Part shown: positions 1 through 8,550 of the stretch, piece after piece
Layout: the number at the start of each line of letters is the position of its first letter
Position numbering within the stretch: position 1 is the stretch's first letter
Source of the DNA: Deltaproteobacteria bacterium
GTDB lineage: Bacteria > Desulfobacterota > Binatia > UBA12015
Assembly (NCBI GenBank): GCA_046583355.1
Contig: JAYGCM010000075.1
Coordinates: forward strand, 12,258 to 76,257
Direction of reading: 5' to 3'
DNA: 64,000 nt
Notes under the pieces: generated by a model
Seen by the model: only the letters and a program-made list of their open reading frames with translations
Database searches by the model: none
What the model was told of the DNA's origin: nothing
Made by a program: the position numbers and the translations under genes

Positions 1-1447
1 GGGTCTCGAGTTCGCCGAGGTTCATGCGAATCGAACCGTCACCGTCGATATCGATCACCAGCTTATCGGGGCAGGCAAGTTGCGCGCCCGCGGCCGCCGG
101 CAGGCCGAAGCCCATCGTTCCCATGCTGCCCGAGGTGATGAAGCTGCGAGGTTGGTGGAAGTCGAGGTATTGCGCGGCCCACATCTGGTGCTGCCCGACG
201 CCGGTGGTGATGATCGCATTGCCCTGAACGAGGTCGTTGAGCGTATCGAGGACTTCGGTGGATTGCAGGATTTCGGCGCCGTGGCGGTAGGCGAAGGGAT
301 GATTCTCACGCAAGTGGCGCACATGCTTGAGCCAAGGCGAGAAATCCTTCTTGAAATTATTGCCGGCCAGAGTGAGTTGCTGCAGGCCCGCGCGCGCGTC
401 GCAAACGTAGGCCCAATCGACGCCTTTGACCTTGCCTATTTCCGAGGCATCAATGTCGAGGTGCGCGATCTTCGCCCCGGGTGCGAAGTCTTGTACCTTG
501 CCGGCCACGCGGTCGTCGAAACGCGCACCGACGGCAAAGAGGAAATCGCAGTCTTCGACCGCGTAATTGGCAAATGCCGCGCCATGCATCCCGAGCATAT
601 GCAGCGAGAGGTCGCTTTTCGTATCGACCGAACCGATCCCCATCAAGGTGGTCACCACGGGGATCTGGAAGCGCTCACTGAAGGTACGCAGAGCATCGGC
701 TGCGCCCGAGTTGAGCACGCCACCGCCGGCATAGATGAGCGGTCGCTCGCAGGTCTCGAGCAACTCATAGAAATCGCCACCGACCTCATCGGAGAGGGTC
801 GCGGATTTCAGCTTGGCGATTCGTTCATCATAGCCGCGCAATTCCAGCAGGCCGCTGCCCTTGAAGGTTCCCTCGGCGAGTTGCACATCGCGCGGCAGAT
901 CGACCACGACCGGTCCCGGGCGCCCACTGCGCGCGAGGTCGAAGGCCGTACGCATGGTCTCCTCGATTTTGGTTTCGTCGGTCACCAGGAAGACATGCTT
1001 GGCGCAGGCCGACATGATGTTGAAGACCGGTGCCTCCTGGAAGGCGTCGGTTCCCATCGCCGCGCGCGGCACCTGGCCTGTGATCAGGACGCAGGGGATC
1101 GAATCGGCGTGGCAATCGCGGACCGGTGTCACTGCATTGGTCGCGCCCGGTCCCGAGGTCACGATGAAGACACCTACCTTGCCGCTCGCACGTGCGTAGC
1201 CAGCCGCCATGAAGCCGGCGCCTTGCTCGGTGGCGGGTACGACCAAGCGCAGCTTCTCGCCCGCGGGGCAACTCTCGTTATGGCGGAAGACCGCATCGTA
1301 GGTCGGCAGGATGGCGCCGCCGCTATAGCCGAAGACGACCTCGACGCCCTCGTCGGCGAGGACCTGTACGGCCATCTCGGCACCCGTCATGCGGGTTCCG
1401 GCAAGGGGATGTCGGGCGATTGTGCCAGCCTTTTGCGCGTTGCTCAT
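1..1447 (-). CDS. ilvB: acetolactate synthase large subunit (3' end runs off the window)
   Basis: Manual translation from ATG at 1447 gives MSNAQK...TGAEMAVQVLADEGVEVVFGYSGGAILPTYDA. The TPP-binding motif IDIDGDGSIRMN lies near position 1. It is absent from the ORF track because there is no stop in the window. Confidence 0.93.
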   Translation of the reverse strand, partial: MSNAQKAGTIARHPLAGTRMTGAEMAVQVLADEGVEVVFGYSGGAILPTYDAVFRHNESCPAGEKLRLVVPATEQGAGFMAAGYARASGKVGVFIVTSGPGATNAVTPVRDCHADSIPCVLITGQVPRAAMGTDAFQEAPVFNIMSACAKHVFLVTDETKIEETMRTAFDLARSGRPGPVVVDLPRDVQLAEGTFKGSGLLELRGYDERIAKLKSATLSDEVGGDFYELLETCERPLIYAGGGVLNSGAADALRTFSERFQIPVVTTLMGIGSVDTKSDLSLHMLGMHGAAFANYAVEDCDFLFAVGARFDDRVAGKVQDFAPGAKIAHLDIDASEIGKVKGVDWAYVCDARAGLQQLTLAGNNFKKDFSPWLKHVRHLRENHPFAYRHGAEILQSTEVLDTLNDLVQGNAIITTGVGQHQMWAAQYLDFHQPRSFITSGSMGTMGFGLPAAAGAQLACPDKLVIDIDGDGSIRMNLGELET

Positions 1448-1570
1448 TATATTCCTGCTCCTCCGGGCGGTCCCGGCCTAGAGGTTCTGGTTAACATCGG
1501 GCGGGCGTAGCTGCCAAGATGCCCGTGCGTACTGGAGTTTCCCTCGCCGTCCGCGTATCTCTGCGGGAGA

Positions 1571-2068
1571 ATGGCCGCCCAGGAAACCACCGCCAATGAC
1601 CTCCAATGGATGGAATTGGCCCTGGCTGAGGCCCGGGCGGGGGCTGCTGCGGGCGAGGTGCCGGTTGGTGCTGTCGTTGTAGACGGTGCCGGCCGTGAGT
1701 TGGCGCGGGCGCATAACGCGCCGATCGGTCTCTGCGATCCGACGGCGCATGCCGAGGTGCTGGCTCTGCGCCGGGCGGCGCAGAGCCTGGGGGCGTATCG
1801 GCTGCCTGGGACCACGCTTTACGCGACCTTGGAGCCCTGCGCGCTTTGTATGGGTGCGTTGCTTCAGGCGCGCGTCCACAGGATTGTCTATGGCGCACGC
1901 GATCCCAAGGGCGGCGCGCTGGGTTCGGTCATTGATCTGCAGGCGCAGCCGGCGCTCAACCATCAATTCGCGGTGCAGGGCGGCGTCCTCGCCGACGCGG
2001 CCGCACAATTATTGCGCTCTTTTTTTGCGCAACGCCGCGGACACGATCGCTCGGCCAGGTCTGAGTGA
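1571..2068 (+). CDS. tadA: tRNA adenosine(34) deaminase
   Basis: GEVPVGAV, DPTAHAE and TLEPCALC zinc-deaminase motifs. Confidence 0.93.
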   Translation: MAAQETTANDLQWMELALAEARAGAAAGEVPVGAVVVDGAGRELARAHNAPIGLCDPTAHAEVLALRRAAQSLGAYRLPGTTLYATLEPCALCMGALLQARVHRIVYGARDPKGGALGSVIDLQAQPALNHQFAVQGGVLADAAAQLLRSFFAQRRGHDRSARSE

Positions 2069-2070
2069 CC

Positions 2071-2099
2071 TTGCGTGGGGCTTGGGCGGGGGGTATCTC
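2071..2099 (+). promoter_or_regulatory. putative sigma70 promoter of the tRNA cluster
   Basis: TTGCGT-N17-TATCTC, 14 nt upstream of tRNA-Ser. Confidence 0.45.
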
Positions 2100-2113
2100 A
2101 CCCCTCTCAAATT

Positions 2114-2205
2114 GGAGAGGTGGCCGAGCCCGGTTGAAGGCGCACGATTCGAAATCGTGTGTGCCCCCTTAAAGGGCACCGTGGGTTCGAATCCCACCCT
2201 CTCCG
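2114..2205 (+). tRNA. tRNA-Ser(CGA)
   Basis: GGAGAGG/CCTCTCC acceptor stem, anticodon loop TTCGAAA, long variable arm, GGTTCGAATCC T-arm. Confidence 0.95.
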
Positions 2206-2242
2206 TTATTTATTCTTTCCGTCGGGTCAGTTGGCGGAGGTT

Positions 2243-2331
<89 letters not shown>

Positions 2332-2378
2332 TAGTTGAATGCGGCGTCTTCGTTGTCTAAGGAAATGCCGTCCCATAT

Positions 2379-2452
2379 GCGGGTGTAGCTCAGCTGGCTA
2401 GAGCGCAACCTTGCCAAGGTTGAGGTCGCCGGTTCGACCCCGGTCACCCGCT
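2379..2452 (+). tRNA. tRNA-Gly(GCC)
   Basis: GCGGGTG/CACCCGC acceptor stem, anticodon loop TTGCCAA. Confidence 0.95.
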
Positions 2453-2467
2453 CTCACTCTGTGGGAC

Positions 2468-2503
2468 AAAAGAGGAGAAGTTTCGGCTTCTCCTCTTTTT
2501 TTT
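2468..2503 (+). terminator. intrinsic terminator after tRNA-Gly
   Basis: AGAGGAGAAG-TTTCGG-CTTCTCCTCT hairpin followed by a T-run. Confidence 0.85.
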
Positions 2504-2540
2504 GTTCCGCGCACTTGGGCCATCGTGGTACTTCGTCCTC

Positions 2541-3047
2541 ATGTCCTCGAACACTCTCTTCGTCAGCAACTTTCCTTTTTCCACTACCGAGACCGATCTC
2601 CGCACCGCCTTCGAGACTTTTTGCCCCGTGACCAACATCCGCATCATCTCCGACCGCCAGACCGGCCGGAGTCGTGGCTACGCTTTTGTCGAGCTGGAAG
2701 AGGCATCGGCGCTGCGCCGTGCCATCGACGATCTGAACGAGACGACCTTCAACGGCCGCCGCCTCGTTGTGGATGAGGCCAAGAGTCATCCCAATGGCGA
2801 GGGCGATGCCGAGGGTAATAGCGCAGTGTCGCCGCCGCGAAGGCCGCCTTTCCGCTATCGCATCGTGGTTGAGTGGCGCGAAGAGGCGCACGCCTATGAT
2901 GCCGAGGTGCCGGCCCTGGGGATCCACGGTGCCGGCGCGACACCGGAGCGCGCCATGCGTGACGCGATTTTCCACGCCGAGGACGCGGCCCGCGCAGAAG
3001 ACGCCAAAGAGGAACCGGTCGAAGCATTGACATCGCGCGCATTCTAG
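2541..3047 (+). CDS. RRM RNA-binding protein with C-terminal HicB-like domain
   Basis: RNP2 LFVSNF and RNP1 RGYAFVEL. The C-terminal YRIVVEWREEAHAYDAEVPALGIHGAGATPERAM resembles the HicB antitoxin N-terminal domain. Confidence 0.8.
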   Translation: MSSNTLFVSNFPFSTTETDLRTAFETFCPVTNIRIISDRQTGRSRGYAFVELEEASALRRAIDDLNETTFNGRRLVVDEAKSHPNGEGDAEGNSAVSPPRRPPFRYRIVVEWREEAHAYDAEVPALGIHGAGATPERAMRDAIFHAEDAARAEDAKEEPVEALTSRAF

Positions 3048-3063
3048 GCGATCCGAATTCTGC

Positions 3064-4164
3064 GTGCAGCAGGTGGATCGCGATGGGCCGTCGGCGGGAG
3101 GAGTCTCGCTGGCCGGCAAGCGGGTAGGCTTCGTCGGACGAATGCTTACCTGCGATCAGAAGCAGGCTCGACGATTGGTTCGTCGGGCTGGCGGCCGCGT
3201 GGTTGCGCGGGCCGCCGATGTTCTTGTCGTGGGCGGTGGCAGTAGTCGCGCACGCATGGACGCCGCGCGCACGATCACCGAGTCGCAATTTCTCGAGTTG
3301 GTCGGTCGCGCGGTGAAAGGCGCGACTCCCGCAGCGCCCGCCGGCCTCGATGATCTGGTCCCGTCGACGCATGCAGCAAGGCTCTACCCGCGCGTGACCT
3401 GGCAGCGCCGCCGCACGCTGGAGAGCCGCGGTCTGCTAGAGCCCGCTCATCTTCCCAATGGTACGGGCTACCGCTTCCGCGACCTGCGCGTCTTGCGCGA
3501 GGTCGACGAGTTGCTGGCGGCGGGTTTGAGCATGACGCAGGTCGTGAATCGGCTGGTGCCTGCCAGCGATGGTCAATACGAATTTCGCTTTCCGACCGAG
3601 AGCATGCGGCCGCGGCCCAAGCGCATCGACCTGCACCTCGAGCGAGAATCGGCCGATGCCTGGTTCGATGTCGGATTTTGTGCGGACCGTGACCGCTCCA
3701 GTTTCCCTACCGCGATCGCCGCCTATAAGCGCGCCTTGGAAATCGACGCTCTGCACGTGCCTTCGCTGATCAACCTCGGCAATGTCTATTATGAGATGGG
3801 CCATTTCGATCTGGCCCGCGAGGTCTACGGGCAGGCCTGCAAATTTGATCCCGAAAATCCGCGCACGCATTTCAATCTGGGCAATGCCTGCGATGAGCTC
3901 GGCGATCTGCTCGGTGCGTTGCGTGCCTACCGCGCCGCCTTGGTGATCTGGCCGAGCTATGCCGACGCGAGCTTCAACCTGGCACTGGTTGCCGAGAAGC
4001 TCTTGAGTTGGCATCTCGCGCGGCAGCATTGGCAGCGCTTCCTCGATCTCGAACCCGGCAGCGAATGGGCCGCGGTCGCGCGCTCGCATCTCGCCGATGT
4101 GCTGACGCATTCGCGCAAGGGCGGGCGACGCTCGTCGGCCGCAACCGCCGGCCGCGACGGCTAG
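3064..4164 (+). CDS. BRCT-like + MerR-type HTH + TPR protein
   Basis: LAGKRVGFVG...VRRAGGRV...ITESQFLELV (BRCT-like); RGLLEP...YRFRDLRVLR...LLAAGLS (MerR-like); several TPRs (LINLGNVY, HFNLGNA, SFNLALV). Confidence 0.72.
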   Translation: MQQVDRDGPSAGGVSLAGKRVGFVGRMLTCDQKQARRLVRRAGGRVVARAADVLVVGGGSSRARMDAARTITESQFLELVGRAVKGATPAAPAGLDDLVPSTHAARLYPRVTWQRRRTLESRGLLEPAHLPNGTGYRFRDLRVLREVDELLAAGLSMTQVVNRLVPASDGQYEFRFPTESMRPRPKRIDLHLERESADAWFDVGFCADRDRSSFPTAIAAYKRALEIDALHVPSLINLGNVYYEMGHFDLAREVYGQACKFDPENPRTHFNLGNACDELGDLLGALRAYRAALVIWPSYADASFNLALVAEKLLSWHLARQHWQRFLDLEPGSEWAAVARSHLADVLTHSRKGGRRSSAATAGRDG

Positions 4165-4275
4165 GGCTGCGCCAAGCGCTCTTGAGACGTGGTGCGCGAG
4201 AAGGCGCCGTGGCTGGCTCGGACGAAAATCCTGTGGTACCTCCCACGGGCCGGCCGCGTGCCGGAGTCAGAGCAG

Positions 4276-4349
4276 GGCGGCGTACCCAAGTGGTCTAAGG
4301 GGAAGGTCTGCAAAACCTTTATTCGCCGGTTCAAATCCGGCCGCCGCCT
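4276..4349 (+). tRNA. tRNA-Cys(GCA)
   Basis: GGCGGCG/CGCCGCC acceptor stem, anticodon loop CTGCAAA. Confidence 0.95.
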
Positions 4350-4387
4350 TTTTGCCATGTCTCCTCACTGCGCCGCATCAAAAGCCT

Positions 4388-5551
4388 ATGCCTGAATCGC
4401 GATGGATCGACGACCAAGACGAGTTTGATCGTCTGATGGAAAAACTGGCGGGAGTCTCCGAGTACGCTCTCGATACTGAGTTTCACCGAGAGCGGAGTTA
4501 CTTCCCGCATCTCGCGCTGATTCAGATCAGCTGGGAAGAAGAGGGCCGTCTCGAGATCGTGGTCATCGACCCCTTGGCTCTGGATATGACCTCGATGCGC
4601 GGGATGCTCGAGAGCGACGCCTTGGCCGTCCTGCACGCAGCCGACCAGGACCTCGAAGTCCTCTACCGCGCCTGCCAGCGGGTGCCGCAGCGGCTTTTCG
4701 ATACGCAGATCGCCGCCGCGTTTCTCGGTATGGGCTTCGCCTCGCTCGCCAGATTGGTGCAAGCTCTTGAGGACAAGCGCTTGCCCAAGGGAGACCGGCT
4801 CACCGATTGGACGCGTCGCCCGCTCGACGAGGGGCAGATCCGCTACGCGGCCTCCGACGTCGAATTTCTTCTCGGCATGCGCCGCGAGCTGATCGCACGG
4901 GCCGAGAAATCCGGCACGCTCGTCTGGATCGAAGAGGAATGTGAGCGGCTGCGTAAGAAAGATGTGACGCCGCTCGACCCAGATACGGCCTGGTGGAAGA
5001 TCAAGGGCTCGCGTAACCTTCACGGCAGCAATATTGGCGTAGCGCAGGCCGTGGGTGCCTGGCGCGAACGCTCCGCACAGCGCCGCGATCTGCCGCCGCG
5101 CTTCGTGCTTGCCGACCTCGGTCTCGCCGGTATTGTGCAGCGTGCGCCGCGCACGGCTGAGGACCTGAAAAAGATTCGTGGTTACGACGGTCGCTTCGGC
5201 AAGAATGGCGGTGAGCAGGGCATCCTCGACGCCGTCGCGGCCGGCCTCAAGCTCGACGATTCCGAGTTGCGCCGGCCACCGCGCGGCGAGCGGCCCGGTG
5301 AGGATTTGGGCGCGATCGTCGCTCTGGCCCAGGCCATGGTCGCCCAGATTTCTGCGGAGACCGGAATCGAAGCCTCGATGTTGGGCAACCGCGCCGATAT
5401 CCAGGCGCTTGCTTGGGGCCGCAAAAGCGGGCGACTCAGCCAGGGATGGCGCGCCGAGATCGCCGGCCACCGGCTCCAGGAACTCTTGGATGGCCGCGTA
5501 GGATTGGCCGGCGACGGCAAGGGCGGTGTACGCATCGCTCCTCTCGCCTGA
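4388..5551 (+). CDS. rnd: ribonuclease D
   Basis: ALDTEFHRERSYFPHLALIQ, HAADQDL, FDTQIAA, DWTRRPL and YAASDV motifs, plus an HRDC region. Confidence 0.93.
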   Translation: MPESRWIDDQDEFDRLMEKLAGVSEYALDTEFHRERSYFPHLALIQISWEEEGRLEIVVIDPLALDMTSMRGMLESDALAVLHAADQDLEVLYRACQRVPQRLFDTQIAAAFLGMGFASLARLVQALEDKRLPKGDRLTDWTRRPLDEGQIRYAASDVEFLLGMRRELIARAEKSGTLVWIEEECERLRKKDVTPLDPDTAWWKIKGSRNLHGSNIGVAQAVGAWRERSAQRRDLPPRFVLADLGLAGIVQRAPRTAEDLKKIRGYDGRFGKNGGEQGILDAVAAGLKLDDSELRRPPRGERPGEDLGAIVALAQAMVAQISAETGIEASMLGNRADIQALAWGRKSGRLSQGWRAEIAGHRLQELLDGRVGLAGDGKGGVRIAPLA

Positions 5552-5602
5552 GCTGCGGTTTCGCTTCGCCGCCCCGACTCGCTACGAATCAGATCGCGAC
5601 CC

Positions 5603-5688
5603 GCCGGGGTGGCGGAATTGGTAGACGCAAGAGACTTAAAATCTCTCGAGTCCTCGGACTCGTGCGGGTTCAAGTCCCGCCCCCGGCA
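5603..5688 (+). tRNA. tRNA-Leu(TAA)
   Basis: GCCGGGG/CCCCGGC acceptor stem, anticodon loop CTTAAAA, long variable arm. Confidence 0.95.
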
Positions 5689-5810
5689 TTGAAGTCGTCT
5701 CGAACATCAAGGGCGGGCCTCGTCCCCGGCCTGGTGCCACGGAGTTGGCGCGGTCCTTGGAGAGCCGGGGATCAAGTCCCGCCCCCGGCATTGAAGTCGT
5801 CTCGAACATC
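5670..5810 (+). repeat. 39-bp perfect direct repeat containing the tRNA-Leu 3' end (att-like)
   Basis: TCAAGTCCCGCCCCCGGCATTGAAGTCGTCTCGAACATC occurs at 5670-5708 and 5772-5810. Confidence 0.9.
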
Positions 5811-5830
5811 GAGGGTGCAACTCCTCGCCT

Positions 5831-6313
5831 CTAGCCATTATTGAAGCCGACACAATATTGGCCGATATTATTATCCACCTCGCTTGACTCCGAGTTGTAA
5901 AAGTTGGTTCCAACCGCCCACATATATGACTCCGTGCTGTCATTCATACAGGTGCGATCGAAGATGTTGTGATCAATAAAGTCGCCACCGTTCGCGCCAT
6001 CCACACCGCAGAGCCCGCCGCGGAAGCAATCGTATTCCCGATAGTCAGCGCATAGGCCGATGTCGTTCCACCAGGTTCTGCCCCAGCCCGACCGGAACTT
6101 GTCCTCACACTTCAGGTCGGCCGCAGCCGTATCCGCCGCCTTGGCTTTGGCTACGTTCGCGTCGGCCTTGCTCAGGCAAAGGCTGAATTTGCCGCTGAGC
6201 AGGTTGGCCTTCATGGCGCATTTCTGACCTTCGGTTAGGTCAGCCTCGGCCAGCGCAGTGCATGTGCAGGAAACGATCAGCGCAAGCGCCAGTGTCGAGA
6301 TCAGTGTTTTCAT
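5831..6313 (-). CDS. secreted Cys-rich hypothetical protein (alternative start 6325)
   Basis: Signal-peptide-like N-terminus MKTLISTLALALIVSCTCTALA, many cysteines, visibly lower GC than the flanks. Confidence 0.7.
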   Translation of the reverse strand: MKTLISTLALALIVSCTCTALAEADLTEGQKCAMKANLLSGKFSLCLSKADANVAKAKAADTAAADLKCEDKFRSGWGRTWWNDIGLCADYREYDCFRGGLCGVDGANGGDFIDHNIFDRTCMNDSTESYMWAVGTNFYNSESSEVDNNIGQYCVGFNNG

Positions 6314-6469
6314 CGGGATCTCCATAGGGAACGGGAACCGGAGCTGATCTCCGGCGAGTTGATCGTCATGGAATCACGGCCTGAGCATACGACCAAGTTT
6401 GTTTAACGCACGACTCGAGTCGCTCCGACCGCGCATTTGGTACGGGCAGGGGGCGGGGAGTAGAACGCA

Positions 6470-7129
6470 ATGGTGGCTGAGGGGCGCAAGGAGCGGTGGG
6501 CGCGGGAACGTGCGGTGATGTTGGCTCGTGAAGAGGAGCTTTGGGCGTCAGGAGTGGCGCATATTGCGGGCGTTGATGAAGTCGGCGTCGGGCCTTTGGC
6601 GGGGCCGCTGGTGGCGGCGGCCGTTGTCTTGCCGCGCGGGGTTTCGATTGATGGGGTGCGCGACTCCAAGAAGCTGAGCGCGAAACGGCGTGAGTTGCTG
6701 GCCGAACAGATCGCCGAGGTCGCGCTGGCCTCTTCGCTCGGTGTCGTTACCGTGGCCGAGGTCGACCGGCTGAACACTTATCACGCCTCGTTGGAGGCGA
6801 TGCGGCGCGCGGTGGGAGGCCTTGGCATCGCGCCCGGCCATATTCTCGTCGACGCGCGGACCATCCCCGGCGTGGCAACGCCGCAGACCTCGATCGTGCG
6901 GGGTGACGCCTCGGTTTATTCGATCGCGGCTGCATCGATCGTCGCCAAGGTCGGGCGCGATCGCATGATGAAGGAACTCGCGGAGCGCCACCCGGGCTAC
7001 GGCTTCGCGCGCAATGCGGGCTACGGCACGGCCGAGCATATGGCGGCGTTGAACGAGTTGGGTGCGTGTGCGGCGCATCGTCGATCGTTTGCGCCGGTGC
7101 GCGCGGCCTTGGCGCAGCCCGCCTCGTGA
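6470..7129 (+). CDS. rnhB: ribonuclease HII
   Basis: AGVDEVGVGPLAGP, DSKKL, SIAAASIVAK and GYGT motifs. Confidence 0.93.
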   Translation: MVAEGRKERWARERAVMLAREEELWASGVAHIAGVDEVGVGPLAGPLVAAAVVLPRGVSIDGVRDSKKLSAKRRELLAEQIAEVALASSLGVVTVAEVDRLNTYHASLEAMRRAVGGLGIAPGHILVDARTIPGVATPQTSIVRGDASVYSIAAASIVAKVGRDRMMKELAERHPGYGFARNAGYGTAEHMAALNELGACAAHRRSFAPVRAALAQPAS

Positions 7130-7203
7130 GCCGCCCGCCTGCGGGTTCTTCCAGCGGCCGGCGCGTGCGGCAATGCACGGCCATTTTGTGTTAACGGCAG
7201 GTT

Positions 7204-8550
7204 ATGGCCGATGTACAGATGCCCAGACTCTCGGATTCGATGGAGGAGGGCAAAATTCTCCGCTGGCTCAAGGCGCCGGGGGATTCGATCGCTCCGGGCG
7301 ATATCCTCGCCGAGGTCGAGACCGACAAGGCCGATATGGAATTGGAAGCCGAGGTCGCCGGCGTGCTCGAGGCGATCCAGGTTGCCGAGGGTGAGTCGGC
7401 AGCAGTGGGTACCGTGATCGCCACTCTTGCCGACGCAGGCGGCAAAGGCGCGGCACCGCCGCAGGCAAAATCTACGGCGTCCCAGGGCCGACCACCCGCA
7501 ACCGCCGCGAAAGCGCCCGCCGAGAAGGCCGCATGGATGCCGCTCGCAAGGGCCGCCGCGCCGGCGGCCAAGCCACCGAGAGCCATGGGCGCTCGCGTGC
7601 GCGTGGCACCGCCCGCCGCGCGCTCCGCCGACGTCGCGCAACGCAAGGCGCCGGTCTCGCCGCTTGCCCAGCGCGTGGCAGCCGATCGCGGCATTGATAC
7701 GGCTGCGCTCTCCGGCAGCGGCGCCGGCGGGCGCGTCGTGCGCGCGGACGTCGAAGCTGCCAAGCGGGTCGGCAAGGGATCGCCGGTTACGGTCGTGCGG
7801 GACGTGCCTTCGACCATGGGCGTCAAGCCCGCAGCGCTTCCCGAAGACGAGGTCCGCCGCATACCGATGACCGGCATGCGTGCGGCCATTGCGCGCCGGA
7901 TGCATGAGAGCAAACGCGACGCCCCGCATTTCTATCTGGAGAGCATTGTCTCCATGGACCGCGCGGTCGCGATGCGCGCCGAACTCAAGGCCGAGGGCTA
8001 CCGCCTCACCTACCATCATATGGTGCTCAAGGCGGTGGCTGACGCGCTGGCGGCAAAGCCGGCGATGAATTCCCGATTTGTCGGCGATGCCGTCGAGGTT
8101 CTGCGCCGCGTACACCTGGGTACGGCGACGGCGGTTGCCGACGGGCTGATCGTGCCGGTGATCCACGACGCGAATTTTCTCAGCCTCTTCGATATTGTGG
8201 CGCGTGCGGGCGAGTTGGCGAAAAAAGCCGAGGACCGCACCTTCGGCAAAGACGACCTCTCGGGTGCGACTTTCACGGTCTCGAACCTGGGCATGTATGG
8301 CATCGAGCGCTTCTCGGCCGTCATCAACCCGCCGCAAGCCGGAATTCTGGCCGTCGGTGCGGTGGCGCAGCGACCCATCGTGCGCGCAGGCGAGCTCGGC
8401 GTCGGCTATAACGTTTCGCTCACGCTCTCGTGCGATCACCGCAGTGTCGATGGCGCCATTGGCGCGGAATTTCTCGCCGAGGTGCGCCGGCGGCTCGAGG
8501 AGCCGGTCTCGCTGCTGGTGCCGGCCGCCATGCCCGAGGCAAGCGCGTGA
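7204..8550 (+). CDS. pdhC: 2-oxoacid (pyruvate-type) dehydrogenase E2, dihydrolipoamide acyltransferase
   Basis: Lipoyl motif VETDKA, E3-binding GSGAGGRV, catalytic CDHRSVDG. Confidence 0.88.
   Translation: MADVQMPRLSDSMEEGKILRWLKAPGDSIAPGDILAEVETDKADMELEAEVAGVLEAIQVAEGESAAVGTVIATLADAGGKGAAPPQAKSTASQGRPPATAAKAPAEKAAWMPLARAAAPAAKPPRAMGARVRVAPPAARSADVAQRKAPVSPLAQRVAADRGIDTAALSGSGAGGRVVRADVEAAKRVGKGSPVTVVRDVPSTMGVKPAALPEDEVRRIPMTGMRAAIARRMHESKRDAPHFYLESIVSMDRAVAMRAELKAEGYRLTYHHMVLKAVADALAAKPAMNSRFVGDAVEVLRRVHLGTATAVADGLIVPVIHDANFLSLFDIVARAGELAKKAEDRTFGKDDLSGATFTVSNLGMYGIERFSAVINPPQAGILAVGAVAQRPIVRAGELGVGYNVSLTLSCDHRSVDGAIGAEFLAEVRRRLEEPVSLLVPAAMPEASA

Noticed and set aside
80..1510. 476-aa plus-strand ORF
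   Set aside because: Antisense shadow of ilvB with no motifs of its own. Long shadow ORFs are expected at this GC content.
5670..5810. Two 39-bp repeats as a mini-CRISPR
   Set aside because: The repeat is the tRNA 3' end, the 63-bp spacer is too long, and there are no cas genes.
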